From an uncultured Pseudomonadota bacterium (GTDB taxonomy: Bacteria; Oederibacteriota; Muellerivitia; Muellerivitales; Muellerivitaceae), in NCBI GenBank assembly GCA_963836235.1, contig CAWIIP010000002.1, positions 576,001-640,000 on the forward strand: DNA of 64,000 bases. The letters run 5' to 3'. Below are positions 27,632-37,828 of the stretch, in pieces (within the stretch, counting starts at the first letter, position 1; each line of letters starts with the position of its first letter). Made by a program: the position numbers and the translations under genes. Under the pieces are notes generated by a model. It was not told where the DNA came from, ran no database searches, and worked only from the letters and a program-made list of their open reading frames with translations.

Positions 27632-29938
27632 TTAATGGTGCGACGAGTTCGGCACCTCGTGCGCCTGTTCCGCCTTGTTGAGGAGCGCGAGCCCATCGAC
27701 AGCTTCCTTTTGCTGGGGATTGAGGCCGAGGGCTTGTTGGTAAGCGGAATCAGCGTTGGTAAAGTCGTTCATCAACCGGAAAGCATCCCCCATTCGGGCC
27801 AAGACATAAGGATTCCGGGGCTCCCGTTGAAGGGTTTCCTGGTAATTGTTGATGGCCGCGGCGTAATTGCCCATAGCCAGATAGCTCTCACCTAGCATCA
27901 TGTAAATGCGAACCAAAGTCTGAGGTTGGCGGTATTGCAGGGCGTTGTTGAAGCCCCATACGGCCAGGTCCGGCATTTTGTTCATGTAGGAGTAATAGCC
28001 CGTAAAATCATAACCAATGCCATAGGAATCTTTCATGACATCCGTGTACTCATCCCAATAACCCCGGGTAGGATCTTCCATGTCCCGTAAACGGTAAGTG
28101 CTCCAAATTAAATTCAGCCGTCCCGAGGTGAAGGGATAATTCATATTCTTGGTATTAATCATCCTCCACAAAAAGCCTTCGGGCATAGATGGATTTTTGT
28201 CCCTCATCCAAGGCGCGGTGAAAATGTTAGTGAAATAAAAGGAACGGTCCTTGGCGTGCTGGTCGATCATATCTTGAACCACCGTCTCGGGACGGATATC
28301 TTCCCGCCCATAGGCGTCCGTTCGCATGGGAACCTCAAGGAAAGGCCAGCGTTTGAATAAAGGATTCCGATACCAATCGTAGGGAATGAGCTGCATGGTA
28401 AAACTGACGACCTCGGGCCTTTTTCCTTCCACGTATTGCAGGTACCAAAGGGGAAGAATGTCGATATCGCCGTTGCAGAGGATAACCGCGTCCCGATTGA
28501 CGGTCTTGAGCATATTCATGCCCTCATCGTAGGAACTGATATACCGGCTTTGGTCGTTTCCCTGGTAAACCGCTTGGCCGTCGACCATCTTGTCCTTGGC
28601 CGTGTAGTTCAACATCAAAGGCATCAAGGCGAACCCCAAACAAAAAGCGGTGGCGTAAAGGGGAACAACCCGGTAAGGCCATTCCTTGGCGACCCACTCG
28701 CAAATACCGGCGACACCCGCGGCCGCGAAAATCGCGAAGGTGAGGTAAACCGGGGAGAAAAAGTTGTCAATGGTCCATTGATACCCTTCCAGCGGGTTGT
28801 TGAAAAGGATGATGCCCGCGAAAACACCTCCCCCGAACAAGGCGAAACCAGTTGCCGTGGCCCATTGTTTTCGTTTCCAAAGCCAGACGCCCCCCCAAAT
28901 CATCAGGAAGAAAACAAGGAAAGTGAATATTTCGCCGAACTCGTGATGGGCGTGAAGCCAAAAGCGTTTGAGATCGCGGACGATAGTTTCCCAACCCCGG
29001 GCAGCGCCGACGTTCTCATAGCCCTTCCGGATAACGGTTCCCCAAAGCCGGTCCACGGTACGGGGATCCCACCAGTTGACCAGAGGGTTCTGGGTCGCCC
29101 GTATGGGCAGGTACATGTAAACCGAAAGGGATAAAAGGCCGCAAATAAAAGCCCTTACAAAATTCAAGACGCCAAAAGCCGAGAGAACATTGATAAGGTT
29201 ATCCCATAAATCAAAAGGTCTTAGGCCAATGGCGTTTTTTAAAATGGTAGGCAAGGGAACCCGTTTTTGACTGGCCAGGAAAAACCAAAGATAGGCCGGG
29301 GCCATCACGATTTGATTGGGCCAATGATGAGCCAGACTCAAGCCATAAAGGAAGCCCATGAGTAGGAGGGATTTGGTGAACCATCCGCTTTCCCTCATCT
29401 TAAAGAAAAGAAAAATCATGGAGACCGAAAGCAATGTATTGAGGGTATAAATGCCGCCCTTGGCCCCACAGGACTGGAACCAATGTTGATAGGAAAAAGC
29501 GAAAACAAGCGCCCCAAAGAGGGACGGAACTTCCCAAAGCCATGAGTTGGACTTTGAGGTTTCTGGAGCCTCTTGTCCCGTAACGCTCATAGAAACTGGG
29601 GACGGGCCGTTGGCCGTAACCACAGGGGAAGCTTGGAAAGAATTGGCGGAGGTGAAGATTCCTTGAAACATCATTTTGAGGAACCAATAAACCATCACCA
29701 CTGAAACAGTCCCCGTAACCATGGAAGAAAAGGTCACCCTTAGCATCGGTTTACCCAAAGGCAGGAGGCAATTGACCCTCCCCCAAAGGGTGTGCAGGGG
29801 ATAGCCTGGCGAATGGCTGATGGTCAGCAGGTCGCAGACCATGATGGTTTCACCGGAATCGTTGATATTAAAGGTAGCGCAATGGGTCAACAGATAAACT
29901 TCGAAGACGAAGAAAAAAAGGAAAACGGGAATCAGCAT
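27632..29938 (-). CDS. DUF2723 / TMEM260-like GT-C membrane glycosyltransferase with C-terminal TPRs
   Basis: DSGE...L.ISHSPGYPL, YTLN, GLSLAHH, Y.YLPIRA..NP..NW.DP, periplasmic GDID.LPLWYLQYVEGKRP.V, TPR tail. Confidence 0.85.
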   Translation of the reverse strand: MLIPVFLFFFVFEVYLLTHCATFNINDSGETIMVCDLLTISHSPGYPLHTLWGRVNCLLPLGKPMLRVTFSSMVTGTVSVVMVYWFLKMMFQGIFTSANSFQASPVVTANGPSPVSMSVTGQEAPETSKSNSWLWEVPSLFGALVFAFSYQHWFQSCGAKGGIYTLNTLLSVSMIFLFFKMRESGWFTKSLLLMGFLYGLSLAHHWPNQIVMAPAYLWFFLASQKRVPLPTILKNAIGLRPFDLWDNLINVLSAFGVLNFVRAFICGLLSLSVYMYLPIRATQNPLVNWWDPRTVDRLWGTVIRKGYENVGAARGWETIVRDLKRFWLHAHHEFGEIFTFLVFFLMIWGGVWLWKRKQWATATGFALFGGGVFAGIILFNNPLEGYQWTIDNFFSPVYLTFAIFAAAGVAGICEWVAKEWPYRVVPLYATAFCLGFALMPLMLNYTAKDKMVDGQAVYQGNDQSRYISSYDEGMNMLKTVNRDAVILCNGDIDILPLWYLQYVEGKRPEVVSFTMQLIPYDWYRNPLFKRWPFLEVPMRTDAYGREDIRPETVVQDMIDQHAKDRSFYFTNIFTAPWMRDKNPSMPEGFLWRMINTKNMNYPFTSGRLNLIWSTYRLRDMEDPTRGYWDEYTDVMKDSYGIGYDFTGYYSYMNKMPDLAVWGFNNALQYRQPQTLVRIYMMLGESYLAMGNYAAAINNYQETLQREPRNPYVLARMGDAFRLMNDFTNADSAYQQALGLNPQQKEAVDGLALLNKAEQAHEVPNSSHH

Positions 29939-29961
29939 AGGTAGTGATATTCCTGGGAATC

Positions 29962-29990
29962 AAAAATAAGGGGCGCCCAAAGGCGCCCCT
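29962..29990 (-). terminator. Intrinsic terminator after tpx
   Basis: AGGGGCGCC-CAAA-GGCGCCCCT inverted repeat with a T-rich tail on the minus strand. Confidence 0.75.
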
Positions 29991-30010
29991 GGTTTTATTC
30001 TCTTTTCAAC

Positions 30011-30523
30011 TCAGGCGTTGGCTTTCGCCGCCGCTAAAGCCTTATCATAATCCGGATGGTTAGTGGCTTCGCTCACATACTCAACGTGCTTGATTTTACC
30101 ATCTTTTCCCACCACAAAGAGGGCTCGGGCTTCCAAGCGGAGTTCCTTGATATGGGTACCATAAGCGTCCCCGAAGGACATCTCCCGGTGGTCGGAAAGG
30201 GTTTGAATCTTAATATTTTCCGCCCCACAAAAGCGCCCTTGGGCAAAGGGCAAATCCGCCGAAATCGTCAATACTTGGACGCTGGGAGGAAGGGTTTCCG
30301 CTTCCTTATTGAACCGGTGGGTTTGCGCCGCGCAAACACCGGTATCCAAGGAAGGCGCTACTGAAAGAATCAAAGTCTTTCCCTTGTAATTATCGAGCGT
30401 CATTTCTTGTAAGTCGTTGGTTAAAACCTTGAAATTGGGAGCCGTGTCCCCCACTTTGATTTCCGGCCCGATCAGGGTCAAAGATCCGCCCTTGAAGGTA
30501 ACGACGCCTTTACGCTCTTGCAT
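30011..30523 (-). CDS. tpx: Thiol peroxidase
   Basis: VTFKG, PSLDTGVCAAQT..FN, ISADLPFAQ.RFC, HPDYD. Confidence 0.97.
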   Translation of the reverse strand: MQERKGVVTFKGGSLTLIGPEIKVGDTAPNFKVLTNDLQEMTLDNYKGKTLILSVAPSLDTGVCAAQTHRFNKEAETLPPSVQVLTISADLPFAQGRFCGAENIKIQTLSDHREMSFGDAYGTHIKELRLEARALFVVGKDGKIKHVEYVSEATNHPDYDKALAAAKANA

Positions 30524-30581
30524 GTCTTTCTCCTTGGATAAAAAATTTAAAACTCAAAACTGATAACTCAAAACTGCCTTT

Positions 30582-31661
30582 CTAGATGTGTCCTTGATGC
30601 ACCAGATACTCGGCTACCAACATCCCGCCTTTAGCGGCTCCCATTTTGGTGTTATGGGACACCAGCATATACTTGATTCCGTTCGGCAAGGCATGGTCCG
30701 CCCTCACCCGGCCCACGGAGGTCACCATTCCCCCTTCCCGGTCCCGATCCAGTCTCGGCTGTGGGCGAAAAGGATCATCCGTCACCTCAATCAAATGGGG
30801 CGGGCAGGAGTGAAAATTCATGGCCACAAAATCCTTCCCGAAGTCACGCATCACCTTTTTCACATCCTCCACAGTTGCGTGCTTAGACAAGGAAACATAA
30901 ACCGCTTCCGTATGGCCTTCCATGACTGGAACGCGTGTACAGGTAGCCGAGACCGGAAAAGGCGCCGGGGCTATAGTTTCACCGATGATCGTCCCCAAGA
31001 TTTTCTGGGTTTCTTTCTCGACTTTTTCCTCTTCCTTCGGGATATAGGGAACAACGTTATCCATGATATCCATGCCAATAACTCCGGGTGACCGTCCGGC
31101 TCCCGACAAGGCCTGCATGGAAGTCATGATCACTTGCAGGACCCCATAGGCTTCATGCAAGGGCTTTAGGGTCATCGCCAGGCCCATAGTCGTGCAATTA
31201 GGCACGGGCGTCACGAAACCTTTCCAGCCGCGGCTCTTCTTTTGGATGGCGATCAGCTTGTCGTGATCCAGGTTGACGCCGGGAATGAAAATGGGGACAT
31301 CCGGTTCATAGCGGAAGGCGGACGCGGTCGAGACGACAGGTGTGGTTTTGGCGTAACGTGGTTCCAATTCCTTTGCCGCGTCTGATTCCACGGCGGTAAA
31401 GATAACGTCCACTTTAGAGGCGTCGAGCTTGGAGGCGTCTTCCATGTGCATTTTAGCGAAAGTGGGGTCCAAGGCCTCCTGGCAATACCAACGGAAAGCG
31501 CCCGAGGCGTCGGTCAGGGCGTCCTTGTAGGACTTCCCCGCGGATCTCTCCGAAGCGGCCAAAGCTACGACTTCGAAAAAGGGATGCCCCGGAAGGGAGG
31601 CCAAAAACTGCTGGCCCGCCACTCCAGTGGCGCCGATGACGGCGACTTTCTTCTTTTTCAT
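30582..31661 (-). CDS. asd: Aspartate-semialdehyde dehydrogenase (archaeal/eukaryote-like subfamily)
   Basis: IGATGVAGQ, ASERSAGK.Y, PNCTT, MQALSGAG, EEEKVEKE..KI, RPQPRLDRD, HNT..GAA.G. Confidence 0.95.
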   Translation of the reverse strand: MKKKKVAVIGATGVAGQQFLASLPGHPFFEVVALAASERSAGKSYKDALTDASGAFRWYCQEALDPTFAKMHMEDASKLDASKVDVIFTAVESDAAKELEPRYAKTTPVVSTASAFRYEPDVPIFIPGVNLDHDKLIAIQKKSRGWKGFVTPVPNCTTMGLAMTLKPLHEAYGVLQVIMTSMQALSGAGRSPGVIGMDIMDNVVPYIPKEEEKVEKETQKILGTIIGETIAPAPFPVSATCTRVPVMEGHTEAVYVSLSKHATVEDVKKVMRDFGKDFVAMNFHSCPPHLIEVTDDPFRPQPRLDRDREGGMVTSVGRVRADHALPNGIKYMLVSHNTKMGAAKGGMLVAEYLVHQGHI

Positions 31662-31776
31662 CGCTCAATCCTTCAAAAATGGTCAAAAACCTTTATTTGG
31701 GAAGGGAAAGGATAGCATATTCGGAGGGAGTTTCAATGCTACAAAGGCCCCCGAACTTGAGGGATGTCGTCTTATT

Positions 31777-32478
31777 TTATGGAATTTCCGTCTTACTGTT
31801 AGCGTCATAGGTTTTCTTGTTAGCCGATATGGAAATAAAACAAATGTAGCTACCCGGTGGCATGGGTCGGCCTTCCTCGTCTTTTCCATCCCAAACGATC
31901 TCATGCGTGCCACTGGACAGGTTTTCCGGCTTTTGGTCTTTGCTGAATTCATAGACCAGCACGGGGCGTAAACCATTGGTGAATATTCTCAAATAAGTGT
32001 GGTCCGCGTCCGTGGTAGTTCCCCATTTGAAATGAATCTGGTTTGAGGCGTCCGGTTTCGGGGAAACGGAAAACTGAAATACGCCCGGGGTGGAGGTCGC
32101 CGTCATGGTGACCGTGGGGGTTTTGGTGGCGGTCTTGGTAATGGTGGGTGTAATGGTGAAGGTCAGCGTAGGGGTTGAAGTAGGTGTGGGTGACAGGGAG
32201 GGAGACAAGGTTCCGGTGGGCGTGTAGGTGAAAGTGCCGGTTATCGTCGGGCTAGCCGTTAGAGTGGCGGTGGATGTCGGAGTCGGTGTCACATGTGGAG
32301 AAAGGGTACCTGTGGGAGTAACGAGGGCCGTAAAAGTATTCGTCGCAGTAAAGGTAAAAGTGGCAGTAGCTGTGTTGGAGGGAATCGGTGTCACGGCTTG
32401 GGCCGGCGATGGCTCGAAGGCGCTTCCCCAAAAAGCGACCGTTACCAAAAATGCGGCCCACCAAAATAATTTCTTCAT
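31777..32478 (-). CDS. Secreted Thr/Pro-rich protein with C-terminal FlgD-type Ig-like domain
   Basis: Signal peptide ending AQA; ~100-aa TxTxT tract; [16 protein letters not shown] motif. Confidence 0.8.
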   Translation of the reverse strand: MKKLFWWAAFLVTVAFWGSAFEPSPAQAVTPIPSNTATATFTFTATNTFTALVTPTGTLSPHVTPTPTSTATLTASPTITGTFTYTPTGTLSPSLSPTPTSTPTLTFTITPTITKTATKTPTVTMTATSTPGVFQFSVSPKPDASNQIHFKWGTTTDADHTYLRIFTNGLRPVLVYEFSKDQKPENLSSGTHEIVWDGKDEEGRPMPPGSYICFISISANKKTYDANSKTEIP

Positions 32479-32483
32479 CGGTT

Positions 32484-33554
32484 CTATTTCACTTCCCGGA
32501 CGACAGCGTCTCCCATTTCTTGGCAGGACACCGCTTTCTCGCCCCCCTTCACTAAATCCGCCGTGCGAAGCCCGGCATTCAGGACCGTTTCGACCGCCTT
32601 CTCCACGGCCTCGGCTTCTTTTAGACGCTTGAAACTGTATTGAAGCATCATGGCCACCGACAAAATCATCGCCAGGGGATTGGCCTTGCCGGTTCCCGCG
32701 ATATCCGGAGCCGACCCATGGGAAGGCTCGTAAAGCCCGACTTTGCCTCCGATTGAGGCTGAGGGCAGCATCCCCAGTGAGCCGGTGAGCATCGAGGCCT
32801 CATCCGAAAGGATATCGCCGAACATATTGGTGGTCACCATAACGTCGAAGGATTTGGGTTTGAGGATAAGCTGCATGGCTGCGTTGTCCACGATCTGGTG
32901 CTCGAAAGCCACGTCCGGGTGCTTTTTGGAGACTTCTTCAGCCACGTCGTGCCAAAGCCGGGAGGATTCCAGCACATTGAATTTATCCACGCTGGTTACT
33001 TTCTTGCGGCGTAACTTGGCCAGTTCAAAGGCCAGCCCCACAATTCGCTCGACTTCGGGTGTCCGGTAGATTTCGGTGTTAACCCCGTAACGGTCCTTCC
33101 CTTCTCCGAAGATGCCCCGGGGCTCGCCGAAGTAAATGCCCGAGATGAGCTCCCGAACGATCAGCATGTCCACCCCATCGATCACCTCGGCTTTCAGGGT
33201 GGAGGCATCCTTGAGGGCGTCGAAAAGCTTTACCGGGCGCAAGTTGGCGTAAAGGTCCAGACCCTTGCGAAGACCGAGAATCCCCGCTTCGGGCCGCTTT
33301 TTGTTTTCGATCTTGTCCCACTTGGGCCCGCCCATCGGAGCCTTGAGGACCGCTTGGGCCGCCAAACAGGCTTTCAAGGTATGGTCAGGCAGCGGAGTAT
33401 CGAACTTATCGATGGCGATCCCACCCGCGTCCTGGGCCTCGTATTCGAACTTATGGCCGAACACTTCCCCGACACGGTTAAGGACCTTCTTGGATTCCTC
33501 ACAGATTTCCGGACCGATCCCGTCCCCAGCCAATACGACGATGTGGAAGTTCAT
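32484..33554 (-). CDS. leuB: 3-isopropylmalate dehydrogenase
   Basis: GDGIGPE, RPE.GIL.LRK...[30 protein letters not shown]. Confidence 0.98.
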   Translation of the reverse strand: MNFHIVVLAGDGIGPEICEESKKVLNRVGEVFGHKFEYEAQDAGGIAIDKFDTPLPDHTLKACLAAQAVLKAPMGGPKWDKIENKKRPEAGILGLRKGLDLYANLRPVKLFDALKDASTLKAEVIDGVDMLIVRELISGIYFGEPRGIFGEGKDRYGVNTEIYRTPEVERIVGLAFELAKLRRKKVTSVDKFNVLESSRLWHDVAEEVSKKHPDVAFEHQIVDNAAMQLILKPKSFDVMVTTNMFGDILSDEASMLTGSLGMLPSASIGGKVGLYEPSHGSAPDIAGTGKANPLAMILSVAMMLQYSFKRLKEAEAVEKAVETVLNAGLRTADLVKGGEKAVSCQEMGDAVVREVK

Positions 33555-33567
33555 GCGCTACCCCTAT

Positions 33568-33601
33568 AAATAAAAGAGGCCGGGGGTTTCCCCGGCCTCT
33601 T
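33568..33601 (-). terminator. Strong hairpin / intrinsic terminator between leuA and leuB
   Basis: AAGAGGCCGGGG / CCCCGGCCTCTT 12-bp stem with a T-rich tail on the minus strand. Confidence 0.7.
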
Positions 33602-33614
33602 GGTTTTAACTTGT

Positions 33615-35198
33615 TTAAAGCTTCAAGCCCTTTTGAATGTCAAACGCCGCCTTGGCGCTCTTGGTCTTGTGCTTCAACAAAAGCTTGTTGACCGCGCTCA
33701 AATAGGCCTTGGCTGACGCCTCGATGACGTCGGTGGAAACTCCCCGGCCATGGGCCTCGTCCCCGTTGGTGGTGACGGACACCGTCACCTCGCCCTGGGC
33801 GTCCCGGCCTTGGGTGAGGGCTTTCAAGGAATAGTTTTCCAGCTTGCCCTTGAAGCCGGTGGCCCGGTCGATGGCGTTGAAAACCGCGTCCACCGGCCCG
33901 TCCCCCGTGGCCGCCTCGTGGCTTTCAACAACCCCTTTTTTGACCTTCAAGGTGGCCGTTGGCAAAGTAGTGGTACCCGCCGAGGTATGGAGATAGGTCA
34001 GGTGGTAAATCTCCTCGGATGCGGCGATCCTCTCTTCGATCAGGGCCTCGATATCCTCGTCATAGACGCTTTTCTTCTTGTCCGCCAGGTCTTTGAACTT
34101 GGCGAAAAGGCCGTCGATGGCTTCCGGCGAAAGGTTGTATCCCAGGCTTTCCAGGCGGGTCTTGAAGGCGTGGCGGCCTGAGTGTTTGCCCAACACCAAT
34201 CGGCTCTCCGACACCCCGATTTCCTGCGGCGTCATGATTTCGTAATTCTGGCGGTACTTGAGCATGCCGTCCTGGTGGATGCCGCTCTCATGGGCGAAGG
34301 CGTTGCTGCCCACGATGGCCTTGTTGGGCTGGATCATGAAGCCCGTCAGGGTCGAGACCAGGCGGCTGGCCTTGTAGATTTCCTGGGTGTCGATGCCGGT
34401 CTGGTAGGGGTAGAGGTCGTGCCGGGTCTTCAGGACCATGACGATCTCTTCCAGGCTGGCGTTGCCCGCCCTTTCTCCGATTCCGTTGATGGTACATTCT
34501 ACCTGTCGGGCCCCGCTGCGGATGGCCGAGAGAGAGTTGGCCACCGCTAGCCCTAAGTCGTTATGGCAATGCACCGAGATGACGGCCTTGCTGATGTTGG
34601 GCACCCGGTTCTTCAGGGTGGCGACCATGTGGCCATATTCGGTGGGAATAGCATAACCTACCGTATCGGGCACATTGACTGTTGTAGCCCCGCTCTTGAT
34701 GGCCGCCTCGATCATGCGACAGAGGTAGTCCAAGTCGGAGCGAGAGGCATCCTGGGCCGAGAACTCCACATCGTCGCTGAAGCGCCGGGCATACTTGACT
34801 GCGTCCACCACGGCGGCCAGGGCTTCCTCCCTGCTTTTGCGAAACAGGTGCTTAAGATGGATGTCAGAGGAAGAGATGAAGGTATGAATGCGCATGCGCT
34901 TGGCGGGTTTCAGCGCCTTGGCGCAGGCGTCGATATCCTTGCGCATGGCACGGCTGAGGCCGGCGATGACGGTTTTCTTAAGGGTCTTAGCGATCTTTTG
35001 CACGGCCTCAAAGTCGCCCGGCGAGGCCGCCGGGAAACCCGCCTCAATGATGTCCACACCCAGCTTTTCCAGCTGGACGGCGACCTTCATTTTTTCCTCG
35101 GTATTCAGGCTGGCGCCCGGCGCTTGTTCCCCATCGCGCAGGGTGGTGTCGAAAATATAAACGCGGTCTGCTTTGTTGCTGCTGTTTTGGGTTTTCAT
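33615..35198 (-). CDS. leuA: 2-isopropylmalate synthase
   Basis: FDTTLRDGEQ, HCHNDLGLAVAN, GIGERAGN, AHESGIHQDG, GDGPVDA regulatory domain. Confidence 0.98.
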   Translation of the reverse strand: MKTQNSSNKADRVYIFDTTLRDGEQAPGASLNTEEKMKVAVQLEKLGVDIIEAGFPAASPGDFEAVQKIAKTLKKTVIAGLSRAMRKDIDACAKALKPAKRMRIHTFISSSDIHLKHLFRKSREEALAAVVDAVKYARRFSDDVEFSAQDASRSDLDYLCRMIEAAIKSGATTVNVPDTVGYAIPTEYGHMVATLKNRVPNISKAVISVHCHNDLGLAVANSLSAIRSGARQVECTINGIGERAGNASLEEIVMVLKTRHDLYPYQTGIDTQEIYKASRLVSTLTGFMIQPNKAIVGSNAFAHESGIHQDGMLKYRQNYEIMTPQEIGVSESRLVLGKHSGRHAFKTRLESLGYNLSPEAIDGLFAKFKDLADKKKSVYDEDIEALIEERIAASEEIYHLTYLHTSAGTTTLPTATLKVKKGVVESHEAATGDGPVDAVFNAIDRATGFKGKLENYSLKALTQGRDAQGEVTVSVTTNGDEAHGRGVSTDVIEASAKAYLSAVNKLLLKHKTKSAKAAFDIQKGLKL

Positions 35199-35218
35199 TT
35201 TGTTCTCCTAAAGGCTGT

Positions 35219-36106
35219 TTAGGGGTTGGTAACGGGGTTGAGCTGCTTGGGTTTTTTTGGTTTCAATTTTTCGACGCTTTTTTTAGTGAGATATTGGGCG
35301 ATACCCCACAAGAGATAGATGGTCAAAAGGGTAAAGGCCGTGAATTCGGCGGCCTTGATGAGCCAAAAGATCACCAGGCCTATGAAGGCCAGGGTCCAGG
35401 GTTTGACGGATTCGAGCTTCAGCTTTTTCAGGCTGGGATAGGGGATGGTGGAAATCATCACCAGGGCGATGATCACGGTCAGAATCGGGATTCCATAGAG
35501 TTCTATATAACTCAGATTTTCCTCATACCACCCCATGACTTTGTTCATAAAAATGCCTTTGCCGTACCATCCTTCCCAGCGGGACAGGAGGATATAGCTA
35601 GCCAGGATGCCCGCCGCCGCCGGGCTGGGCAGGCCCATAAAATGGCTCTTTTCCTCCACCTGGGCCTGGACGTTGAAACGGGCTAGGCGGATGGCGGCAC
35701 AAACCACATAAAATACCGTGATGGAAATGCCCCAAACGTTCAGGTAACGCAGGACGGACAGGTAAATGAGGATGGCGGGCGCCATGCCGAAGCTCACCAG
35801 GTCGGAGAGGCTGTCGAACTCCATGCCGAACTTGCTGGTGGTGCCCGTGGCACGGGCCACCATTCCGTCGAAGAAATCGGCGAAGGTCGCGATGATGATG
35901 AGCTCCGCTGGAAGAACGAAGGGGATAGTATTGGTCTCGGCGGCCAGGGAAAGAGTCAGAGAGTCGTTGATGCCATAGGCGATGGCTAATATGCCCAGGA
36001 CCATGTTCCCCGCCGTAAAGAGGTTTGGAAGCAGGTAAATGGTCTTGCGAAACCTGGACTTGGCCGGCCTATTCTCATTATCTTGTTTATATTTCAAAGC
36101 TACCAT
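35219..36106 (-). CDS. pssA: CDP-diacylglycerol--serine O-phosphatidyltransferase
   Basis: LPNLFT, D..DG.VAR...SKFG.EFDSLSD.VSFG, RLARFN, F.GLP.P. Confidence 0.95.
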   Translation of the reverse strand: MVALKYKQDNENRPAKSRFRKTIYLLPNLFTAGNMVLGILAIAYGINDSLTLSLAAETNTIPFVLPAELIIIATFADFFDGMVARATGTTSKFGMEFDSLSDLVSFGMAPAILIYLSVLRYLNVWGISITVFYVVCAAIRLARFNVQAQVEEKSHFMGLPSPAAAGILASYILLSRWEGWYGKGIFMNKVMGWYEENLSYIELYGIPILTVIIALVMISTIPYPSLKKLKLESVKPWTLAFIGLVIFWLIKAAEFTAFTLLTIYLLWGIAQYLTKKSVEKLKPKKPKQLNPVTNP

Positions 36107-36786
36107 TACAGTTCTCCGATGACCGTCACGCCCGCCCTCACTTGGTCTCCCAGCTTGACGGCTGGCTTAAATCCCTTGGGCAGAAAAAGATCAACTCGTG
36201 ATCCCAACAGGATTCGCCCGATTCTTTTACCCCGTTCGATGACATTGCCTTTATCCGGCGTGGTTTTAACCCGCCGGCACAATAAACCCGCTATTTGCTT
36301 AATGACGATCCGGCCCATGGCTTTACCTTTTTTACCGGGGGCTTTCAAATCCATAACCAAATGGGCCTGTTCGTTCACCAGGTCCGCCTTGTCGTCGTAA
36401 GCCGCCAAAAACTCGCCCGGGTAGTAAACCTTTTTCACCACCTTGCCGTCATAGGGCGCCCTTTGCACATGGTTGTTCAACGGATTCATGAAGATCGCGA
36501 TATGAACCGAAGGCTTCTTCAGATAAAACTTTTCGGTCGCCGTCTTTAAAACAACCACCTTGCCATCCGCCGGACTCAAAACTTCTTTGGGTTTGAGCGC
36601 CCCCTGGGGGCTGCGCTCAAAATCCCTGAAAAAATTCAGGATCAAGGCCGCGATCACCAGTACCGCGACTCCCAAAATAACCAGCGCCCAGCAACCCCAA
36701 TGGGCCCCTGCCAGAAGCAAAGCCCAGCCTACCGCCAAGGCGGGAAGGAACAGGCTCCAGGTTTCCGGCATAAAGGGCAGTTTCAT
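36106..36786 (-). CDS. psd: Phosphatidylserine decarboxylase proenzyme
   Basis: FFRD, SPADGKV, IFM...H, QIAG, GSRVD self-cleavage site. Confidence 0.94.
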   Translation of the reverse strand: MKLPFMPETWSLFLPALAVGWALLLAGAHWGCWALVILGVAVLVIAALILNFFRDFERSPQGALKPKEVLSPADGKVVVLKTATEKFYLKKPSVHIAIFMNPLNNHVQRAPYDGKVVKKVYYPGEFLAAYDDKADLVNEQAHLVMDLKAPGKKGKAMGRIVIKQIAGLLCRRVKTTPDKGNVIERGKRIGRILLGSRVDLFLPKGFKPAVKLGDQVRAGVTVIGEL

Positions 36787-37776
36787 TTATTTTTTCATCC
36801 AGCTAAACATGCTACGCACTTGTTTGCCCACCTTCTCGACGATATGTTCGGAGTCGAGCTTCAACACCGAATTGTAAACCGGGCGGTTGGCCTGGTTTTC
36901 CAACACAAACTCCCGGGCAAACATCCCCGTTTGGATTTCGCTGAGGATTCGGCGCATTTCATTGCGGGTTTGTTCCGTAATGATGCGGCGGCCCCGGGTG
37001 ATATCGCCATACTTGGCAGTGGTCGAAATAGCCTCCCGCATGCCTGTGATACCTTTCTCGTAGATCAAATCGACGATGAGCTTGACCTCGTGAAGGCATT
37101 CGAAATAAGCCACTTCGGGCTGGTAACCGGCGGCCACCAGGGTGTCAAACCCGGCGCGGATCAGTTCGGACAATCCGCCGCAGAGGACCACCTGTTCGCC
37201 GAAGAGATCAGTCTCGGTTTCTTCCTTGAAGGTCGTTTCCAAAACCCCGGCGCGGGTGGCGCCGATGGCCTTGCCATAGGCCAGGGCCAGCTTCAGGGCG
37301 TTGCCCGTGGCGTTCTGATGGATGGCGACCAGGGCCGGAACGCCCTTCCCTTCGACATAAGTCGTGCGAACCAAATGGCCGGGGCCCTTGGGGGCGATCA
37401 TGAACACGTCCACGTCCGCCGGAGGCACGATCTGGCCGAAATGAATGTTGAACCCGTGGGAGAACATCAGGGCCTTGCCCGCCTTGAGCGAGGGCAGAAC
37501 GTCGGCTTTATAAAGCGAACCCTGCAGGTCGTCCTGGATGAGGATCTGGATGATATCGGCTTTGGCGGCGGCTTCCTTGGAATCAAAAGCCTCGAAGCCG
37601 TCGGCCTTGGCCTGGGCTTTGGTTTTATCGGAACGGGTTCCGATGACTACCTTGATCCCCGAATCCTTCAAGTTCAGGGCCTGGTTGCGGCCCTGGTTGC
37701 CATAGCCGAGGACGGCCAGGGTCTTGCCTTTCAACGCGTTGATGTCGGCGTCCTGCTCGTAATAAATCTTAGCCAT
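36787..37776 (-). CDS. ilvC: Ketol-acid reductoisomerase
   Basis: [40 protein letters not shown]. Confidence 0.98.
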   Translation of the reverse strand: MAKIYYEQDADINALKGKTLAVLGYGNQGRNQALNLKDSGIKVVIGTRSDKTKAQAKADGFEAFDSKEAAAKADIIQILIQDDLQGSLYKADVLPSLKAGKALMFSHGFNIHFGQIVPPADVDVFMIAPKGPGHLVRTTYVEGKGVPALVAIHQNATGNALKLALAYGKAIGATRAGVLETTFKEETETDLFGEQVVLCGGLSELIRAGFDTLVAAGYQPEVAYFECLHEVKLIVDLIYEKGITGMREAISTTAKYGDITRGRRIITEQTRNEMRRILSEIQTGMFAREFVLENQANRPVYNSVLKLDSEHIVEKVGKQVRSMFSWMKK

Positions 37777-37828
37777 TTCCTTCTCCTTGTTTTTGATGTG
37801 CCTTTAGGATTACTGCCAACTGCTTTTT

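Noticed and set aside
30551-30576. 12-bp direct repeat AACTCAAAACTG, two copies, between tpx and asd
   Set aside because: Only two copies in an AT-rich spacer, with no associated mobile or cas genes
35219-36786. psd-pssA embedded in the ilv-leu operon as a novelty
   Set aside because: The ilvC-psd-pssA-leuA order is a known arrangement in several bacterial groups
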